The position numbers and the translations under genes were made by a program. A stretch of 64,000 nucleotides of DNA, taken from IMG/VR virus record IMGVR_UViG_3300037761_000250, positions 15,279 through 79,278 of that record; one strand, written 5' to 3'. The DNA comes from a virus. Its lineage: Duplodnaviria > Caudoviricetes. The notes below the pieces were generated by a model. That model did not search any database, was not told the DNA's origin, and saw nothing but the letters and a program-made list of their open reading frames with translations. Positions 58,058 to 64,000 of the stretch are shown piece after piece (positions within the stretch are counted from its first letter, which is position 1; every line of letters begins with the position of its first letter).

Positions 58058-59212
58058 ATGGTTGAGGTAAATCCAGCCTCTTGGCTTCACAATGCTGGAG
58101 CTGTGCATACTGCTGCACAGCTCCGGATTAGTGCAAGTGCCTTGAGTAATGGAGTTACGACTGGCATAACCTCCCGGGGTGGAATCAACCTAGGTTTCGG
58201 TGCTGCCTTGCGGGTTACTCAAACAGGTGCTGGCGCCATGTCCGTTGATGTAGCATCAGGAATTGCCCATGTTCCTGGAGATGAAAGCGCCGCGCAAGGT
58301 ACTTACGTTTGTATCAATGATGCTGCGGTAACTCTAACTATTGCAACAGCCGATGGGGCTGATGACAGAATTGATGCTGTTGTAGCAACAGTTCGAGACA
58401 GTTTCTATAGTGGGGGCGACGATGATTGGCTGTTGCAGGTTATTACTGGAACGGCTGAGGCAGTTCCATCTCTACCAACTTTGCCAAATAATTCGCTGTT
58501 GTTAGCAGAGGTTTTGGTACAAGCGAGTGTAACTACGATCCTTGATGCTGATATTACCGATCGTCGGATCTTCATTGGTGCTCCCGGACTTATGTCTGTT
58601 GCCGATGATGTAGAGCGCGATGCCCTTTCAAACAAGTACGAATCGCTTTCTGTTTGGCGTCGGGATTTGAAGCGTTCCGAAGTCTATGATGGTACTGAAT
58701 GGGAATCACTCCAGGCCGACTTCTTGCTAATTGGTGAACAGCAACTTACCGTTGCAAATGCTACGTTAGTAGTGGCAAGTATACCTGGTGTTTTTAGGTG
58801 TCTGCATGTTGAGGTGGATGCGTCATTAACTACTGCTGGTATGACAACTGCTAATCTTCGCTTCAATTCTGACACATCTACGAATTATTGGTACGGATTT
58901 CAGTTTGTTGATGCAGCCGGCACGGTTACCGCCGCAGGGAATGATGCGGCAACCCAAATTCTCGTTCCTACGATCGGTTCTTCCGGTATGACTTTAGCCG
59001 TTGATATTATAGGATACCATGATCTTTCCGGCATAAAGGGATGTACCATGAACGGTTTTGCTCGGAGCGGTTCAGGTGCCACACAACATAGATGGGTTCA
59101 TGGTGGCGGTGCGTGGGTTTCTGGCGGTAGCGCTATTAATGAGGTGCGACTCGTAGCCAACTCGAATACTTTTACAGCTGGCAGTTCTATGAGAGTATAC
59201 GGAATTCGGTAG
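58058..59212 (+). CDS. Minor tail protein (paralog of 56703-58046)
   Basis: Near-identical N-terminus E(I/V)NPASWLHNAGAVHTAAQLR. Confidence 0.8.
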   Translation: MVEVNPASWLHNAGAVHTAAQLRISASALSNGVTTGITSRGGINLGFGAALRVTQTGAGAMSVDVASGIAHVPGDESAAQGTYVCINDAAVTLTIATADGADDRIDAVVATVRDSFYSGGDDDWLLQVITGTAEAVPSLPTLPNNSLLLAEVLVQASVTTILDADITDRRIFIGAPGLMSVADDVERDALSNKYESLSVWRRDLKRSEVYDGTEWESLQADFLLIGEQQLTVANATLVVASIPGVFRCLHVEVDASLTTAGMTTANLRFNSDTSTNYWYGFQFVDAAGTVTAAGNDAATQILVPTIGSSGMTLAVDIIGYHDLSGIKGCTMNGFARSGSGATQHRWVHGGGAWVSGGSAINEVRLVANSNTFTAGSSMRVYGIR

Positions 59213-59214
59213 TC

Positions 59215-60315
59215 ATGCATGTTTACAAGCACGTCTTTGGCAACGCTCGATCTGGGCTGCCGATTGCTACTATACCTGCGTATGGAGCAACTGCAAGAAA
59301 AGAGATCAATGCAGGAGTCGAGGCTCAAGCCACGTTCCAACTCGACCAAACTGGCCGTAACAATCAGACTTTGATAAATGCTACCCGAGTAGGACGGTCG
59401 TTTTGGGTTATTGAGCGTGACGGTCTACCCGTTTGGGATGGGCTCATTACGTCGAATACCTATCAAAGCCAAGCCAAATCCGTACAACTGTTTGGTCGTA
59501 CTATACCAGGTTATCCAAATAGGATAATCATGGATGAATCATTTATTCCTTCATCGGGAATTTCAATTCAAGGTGATATCGTTGAGAACTTCCTTTTCCT
59601 TTGGGCGCTTCTCCAATCAAAACCTGAAACTAATCTAAATGTCCAACTTCCGGAATCATTTCAAACAGGTGTGGAACGCACGTTAATAGTCACTCCAAGT
59701 GATAGGAAAACCTTTGGCGACCTGATGTCTGAACAGGCAGATGGAGACCCAGGTTTTGATTGGAGAATTGTGACTACCAAAGTGCGTAATCTTTACCAGC
59801 GTCATTTGCAAATAGGTTTTCCAACGTTAGGTACGGCTGGTGACCCTCGTTTGAGGTTCAATTATCCGGGGTCGGTGTTTAACTATTGGCGAACAGAAAA
59901 TGTCGGTGATAGTGGTACTCACGTTACCGGCCACGGTACCGGATCTGGCGAAAGTTCACTGACTGTACAGGTGGTTCACCAAGATATGCTCGACGCCAAC
60001 TTTATGCGTTGGGACGTCGAAGTAGATTTCGACCAGGTAAATGACCTACCTACTTTGATTGCTCTTTTAAATCAGGAGGCTAACAATCATAAGCTGCCTG
60101 GAATTAAGTATACTGTACAAGTTCGTGGTGATAAAACTCCAATATTTGGGTCCTTCGACGTTGGTGATGGGTGCCAGCTTATTTTACATGATCCCCGACA
60201 TCCAACTAAGACAAAAGTAAACACACGCATTGCTGGTTGGCAATTAACCATTCCCAGTGCGGAGGAAGCCGAAGTTGTTCAGCTTTCTTTCCCTGGAGGT
60301 GATGAAGGTGTCTAG
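59215..60315 (+). CDS. Minor tail / baseplate hub-like protein
   Basis: WVIERDGLPVWDGLI; FDVGDGCQLILHD C-terminus. Confidence 0.7.
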   Translation: MHVYKHVFGNARSGLPIATIPAYGATARKEINAGVEAQATFQLDQTGRNNQTLINATRVGRSFWVIERDGLPVWDGLITSNTYQSQAKSVQLFGRTIPGYPNRIIMDESFIPSSGISIQGDIVENFLFLWALLQSKPETNLNVQLPESFQTGVERTLIVTPSDRKTFGDLMSEQADGDPGFDWRIVTTKVRNLYQRHLQIGFPTLGTAGDPRLRFNYPGSVFNYWRTENVGDSGTHVTGHGTGSGESSLTVQVVHQDMLDANFMRWDVEVDFDQVNDLPTLIALLNQEANNHKLPGIKYTVQVRGDKTPIFGSFDVGDGCQLILHDPRHPTKTKVNTRIAGWQLTIPSAEEAEVVQLSFPGGDEGV

Positions 60316-61059
60316 GTACAAACTTATTGGGCACCTTTCTTTGGACGAACAGATTCTACACATGCAGAATCACATACGCAAAACCAGTAACTCTGCTCCA
60401 AGGTTGGCGCGCGGTATTTCTTACATAGTAGATGCGTACTCACCACAACTTCTTGGATCTACTACGAATCCTAATTTAGGAGACGATGGTCAAGCTGTAG
60501 GTGCTTATCACGTTATTGGTCAACTACTAACTGGCTGGGCACAGTTCTTGTTTGCCGGCAGTGGAATAAGTGCAGGTTCCGGCGTCCTTAGTATAACTAC
60601 ACCATTGCCGGCTGATCCAAGTCTTATGATTTCTGGTGGAGTAGGTGGCGCTGGTACGTCAGTTGGAACTGGCAAAATACGCGATAACAGTACTTCCGCA
60701 AACAGCAAAACCGTTTACTTACAATTAGATGAAGGTGGCCATTCAGTATTTATGCAATTCAGCAATGCTAATTCTAGCGTATCGGCTACTAGTCCAATAC
60801 CTTGGGAAGTTGGAGATCGTATATCAATTAACTTTGCATATCTAATTGATCCTCTAGCTATATAGGAGTGATAATGGCTGAGAAGCACGATTGGCACTTG
60901 TTCGATGAGAGGATTGGTTTAGAATGTCGGCAAGTTACCGAAGAAGGCAAACCAAATATCTGGGAAATTCGAAAACGAGGTGAGGACAAAATTGTTAGTC
61001 TCACCGATAGAGAATTTGCTCAGCTTCGGGAGGAAGGTCCAAATCCGAAAGGTTTGTAA
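60308..61059 (+). CDS. Minor tail protein (60308-60865) and small protein (60868-61059)
   Basis: Synteny; GTG start at 60308. Confidence 0.6.
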
Positions 61060-61061
61060 TA

Positions 61062-62072
61062 ATGGCTGACAACCCGAATCCAAGTACAATTTCCGACCCA
61101 TTATGGAAGTTATGGGAATTAACTTCTGCCGATACTCCGGGTGTTCGGTTTGGTGGAATCTTTGCCAACAAAAGTTGTTATCATAATACGGTAAATAATA
61201 ACCTTAAATTCTGGCCTAATGTTTATTGTATTAGACTAGCTTTGGACTTAGTTAGTTCTAATCGAAATTTCGCTCGGGCGATCGACTGGACAATGTCCGA
61301 TGCTGAAATGTTCAAACGTACCAAACGTTTGCGCGATTCGGCTCTTGATCCGAACGATCACAGACTGTTTGGAATGCGAGAGTTCTATGGAACTCTTGAT
61401 GGAAATACTGTATATGGACTTATTAAAGATACTGAGTTTGGTCCTTGGCGGTTTAGTTCCTCAGATTCGACACATCTTTGGCACGTACATGGATCATTCT
61501 TTACTAAATACGTTAATGACTGGAATGCTCTTGAAGGTGTTCTTTCGGTGTGGGTGGGGGAAACACATTCTCAATGGCTTATTCGTAAGGGAGGAAGTTT
61601 TATGATTGCTAAGAAAGGCGAAGAAGGACAACACGTCCGATTCATTCAGCGCCGTCTTAACCGTCTAGGTGCGAAACTTACTGTCGATGGCGAGTATGGA
61701 GACATTACTCAGGTTGCCGTATCTGCTAGTCGTAAAGCATATGGATATGATAACACAACATTAGAAGAAGTAACAGGTTGGCATGCTGAGGATATGGACA
61801 CCAGCGTCGCTAAGCTGTATGCTGGTGAGGACGGGGCGAAAGGTGATAAAGGCGATACTGGACCTGGACCAACCGTTACCCAAATTTCACAGGCCGTAGC
61901 AACTTGGATGTCACAACATATAGGTGAATTCAAGCCAACGGCCGCCGAGATCGAAGAAATAATTACATCGTGGATGCTTGCACATAAAGACGAACTTAAG
62001 GGTGATCCAGGAAGAACTCCCACAAAGATCACGCTTGAACTAACTGGTAATGTAACCGAAGTGGTAATGTAA
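61062..62072 (+). CDS. Endolysin (M15-like Zn peptidase + peptidoglycan-binding domain + collagen-like triplets)
   Basis: YHNT...RAID...HLWHVH; GEEGQHVRFIQRRL...VDGEYGDIT; GAKGDKGDTGPG. Confidence 0.8.
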   Translation: MADNPNPSTISDPLWKLWELTSADTPGVRFGGIFANKSCYHNTVNNNLKFWPNVYCIRLALDLVSSNRNFARAIDWTMSDAEMFKRTKRLRDSALDPNDHRLFGMREFYGTLDGNTVYGLIKDTEFGPWRFSSSDSTHLWHVHGSFFTKYVNDWNALEGVLSVWVGETHSQWLIRKGGSFMIAKKGEEGQHVRFIQRRLNRLGAKLTVDGEYGDITQVAVSASRKAYGYDNTTLEEVTGWHAEDMDTSVAKLYAGEDGAKGDKGDTGPGPTVTQISQAVATWMSQHIGEFKPTAAEIEEIITSWMLAHKDELKGDPGRTPTKITLELTGNVTEVVM

Positions 62073-62189
62073 CTGAAACGGAATAGAAATTGTTCCCAAT
62101 TGCAAGCATTTTTGAAATAGCACAAGAAAATATTACAGTGTATGGTGCTCGGCGGGGTCGACGAGTAAGTTTATGACGGAGGCTTGAGG

Positions 62190-62537
62190 ATGCCATTGTC
62201 CAATGACCAGGACGCTTACAACCGGGGCCACGCCGCCGGTGGGATCGCCGAGCGGCTCGACTCGCACGACCGCCATTTTTCCGCGATCAACGGTTCGTTG
62301 GCCAAGGTCGCCGAGGAAATGCATCAACTGGTTTTGGCTGTCCAGCGGCTGGGTGATCAGGCCGAGTCCAACGCAAAAACCGTGGTGACCACGGCAGCCG
62401 CGCTGGAAAAGGCCGAGTCGGCGCGGCGTGCGCGCGCCGAGCGGAGCTGGTCACCAATCGCCCGACTGGCCACGGTGCTTGGGACTCTGGCCGCGGTCGC
62501 CGGGGCGTTTGCCGCGGTCGCCTGGTACTTGAAATAG
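62190..62537 (+). CDS. Coiled-coil protein with C-terminal TM helix (lysis accessory)
   Basis: Follows the endolysin; GC-rich. Confidence 0.6.
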   Translation: MPLSNDQDAYNRGHAAGGIAERLDSHDRHFSAINGSLAKVAEEMHQLVLAVQRLGDQAESNAKTVVTTAAALEKAESARRARAERSWSPIARLATVLGTLAAVAGAFAAVAWYLK

Positions 62538-62559
62538 GAGTTTGACATGGGTATGACAG

Positions 62560-63644
62560 ATGACCGCACAAATTATTAATCTAAAGTTAGAACAAGGAGC
62601 TAATTTCAGTCGAGTATTTGATATTGTTGTAGATGATCCAGATACTGGTGATCCAATAAGTTTGACTGGATTTCAAGGTAACATGCAGGCTAGATCTGAA
62701 CCGGGAGATGAACTATTAGTCGAATTTGATGTTAGCATTGATGTTACCGGACGACGAGCAATAGCTACTTTTGCTGCTGTTGACTCCGAACTTATGACTT
62801 GGAGTAGTGGAGTATACGATTTGGTAATTTCCAGTGGTAGTGATGTATACCGAATCGCCGAAGGTAACATTAGTCTTAGTAAACAAGTAACTATAATTGA
62901 TGAGGGGGTTTAAATGGCACTTGGATATGAAGTCACACTACGGAATACTAGGCTCGACGCAGTTACCACTAGAGCTGGTAACGCCGCGTTGCTACGCGTT
63001 TATGATGGTACCCGTCCGGCGACTGGGGCAGCAATCACTACTCAGGTGTTGCTAGCGGAGCTAGTTTGTGGTTCGCCGTTTGCGGCTGCCGCTGCGGCTG
63101 GAGTTCTGACCGCAAATGCGATTACGCAGGATGGGACGGCTGATGCTACCGGCACTGCCAGCTGGTTCCGACTCGTACAATCAAATGGCACCACTTTCGT
63201 TATGGATGGTAACGTTGCTGCCTCCGGTTCTGACCTGAACCTGGATTCCATCAATATCGTTGCCGGTGGTGCCGTGTCGGTCACATCGTGCGTAATCACA
63301 CACGGAAACCCGTAACAGAATAGGAGAATATCATGGCAGGTGGATACTACGACCTATCCACAGGAGTGACCGTCAACCAAGTGGCCGGCGGAATCGCCAC
63401 GCGCGCCCGGGATGTGATGTTGGATATCGTCAAGTTCGACGTCTTCCGAACGGCGAATACCCTCACCGATGCACCATGGAGTCTACCGGGGGCATCAGCG
63501 GGCGATATCGTTAGCTCATTTAATGACCTCGTGCACCTTCAACAAATCTGGGCCGGGGTGGTGCAGGCCCGCGACCGGGCGGACACCGCGTTCGTGAACT
63601 ACGATTTTCAGACGTTCGTGAAGCGGCTCTACGGGCCGCGCTAA
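62560..63644 (+). CDS. Three virion-associated genes (62560-62913, 62914-63315, 63333-63644)
   Basis: 62914-63315 has RNTRLDAVT..LRVYDGTRP..GTASWFR, common in tail modules. Confidence 0.6.
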
Positions 63645-63656
63645 TCTAACAACCAA

Positions 63657-64000
63657 ATGACTACAGTCCGTAGGCTGGGTAACGCCGACGACATCTCCTT
63701 TTCCACTGGACTCGGAGGTGTCGACGGCGCTACCTATGGTACGATCGCGATTCTGTTCCGCCCATTGCCAGATCCTGTCTGGCATTGGCTGGTAAAGCTG
63801 CACGATATCTCCGGTGTGGAACTAGGTGGTGTCGGGGTACTTAGCGATGGAAGGTTATATTGGGCCGGCGAGTCCATCTGGTGGACAGAAGGACCAGCTG
63901 TTACTTTTGGTGATTGGCACGTGTTGGTCGCTCGGAAGAACACTGGCGACTTAAAGCCAAGGTTCAGCTTGCAAAATGTTGCGACGGACATGTGGAATCA
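63657..64000 (+). CDS. Probable LamG/concanavalin-like virion protein (truncated by window edge)
   Basis: Hand-translated from ATG 63657, open to the end; TIAILFRP...GDWHVLVA beta-sandwich pattern. Confidence 0.5.
   Translation, partial: MTTVRRLGNADDISFSTGLGGVDGATYGTIAILFRPLPDPVWHWLVKLHDISGVELGGVGVLSDGRLYWAGESIWWTEGPAVTFGDWHVLVARKNTGDLKPRFSLQNVATDMWN

Overview
This 64 kb window is part of a tailed dsDNA phage genome (siphovirus-type). It is fairly AT-rich (roughly 42-45% GC by eye). The host is probably a high-GC filamentous actinomycete, inferred from BldC- and WhiB-like genes, a tRNA-Leu(UAA) and HrdB-type promoters. Bases 1-40,000 are transcribed leftward and carry replication and recombination genes: a UDG-family-4/PolA fusion cut by the window edge, a RecD-like helicase, a prim-pol, a DUF669 SSB, an AAA ATPase, a PD-(D/E)XK nuclease and a SNF2 helicase. 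The same arm holds many small accessory ORFs, six conventional tRNAs and a 2.4 kb non-coding, highly structured RNA locus. Bases 40,382-64,000 are transcribed rightward and carry the holin, glycosyltransferase, terminase, portal, protease/scaffold, capsid, tail and endolysin genes. No integrase or CRISPR array is visible. The most striking unexplained structure is at 37.3-39.7 kb: five back-to-back cassettes, each with 1-2 small genes enclosed by its own 21-31 bp inverted repeat and separated by only 2-4 nt. Second is the 20.6-22.95 kb locus, which includes a 142-nt tRNA scaffold whose anticodon loop is replaced by a three-hairpin domain, plus a candidate large ncRNA. All annotation was done by eye, without database searches or folding programs.
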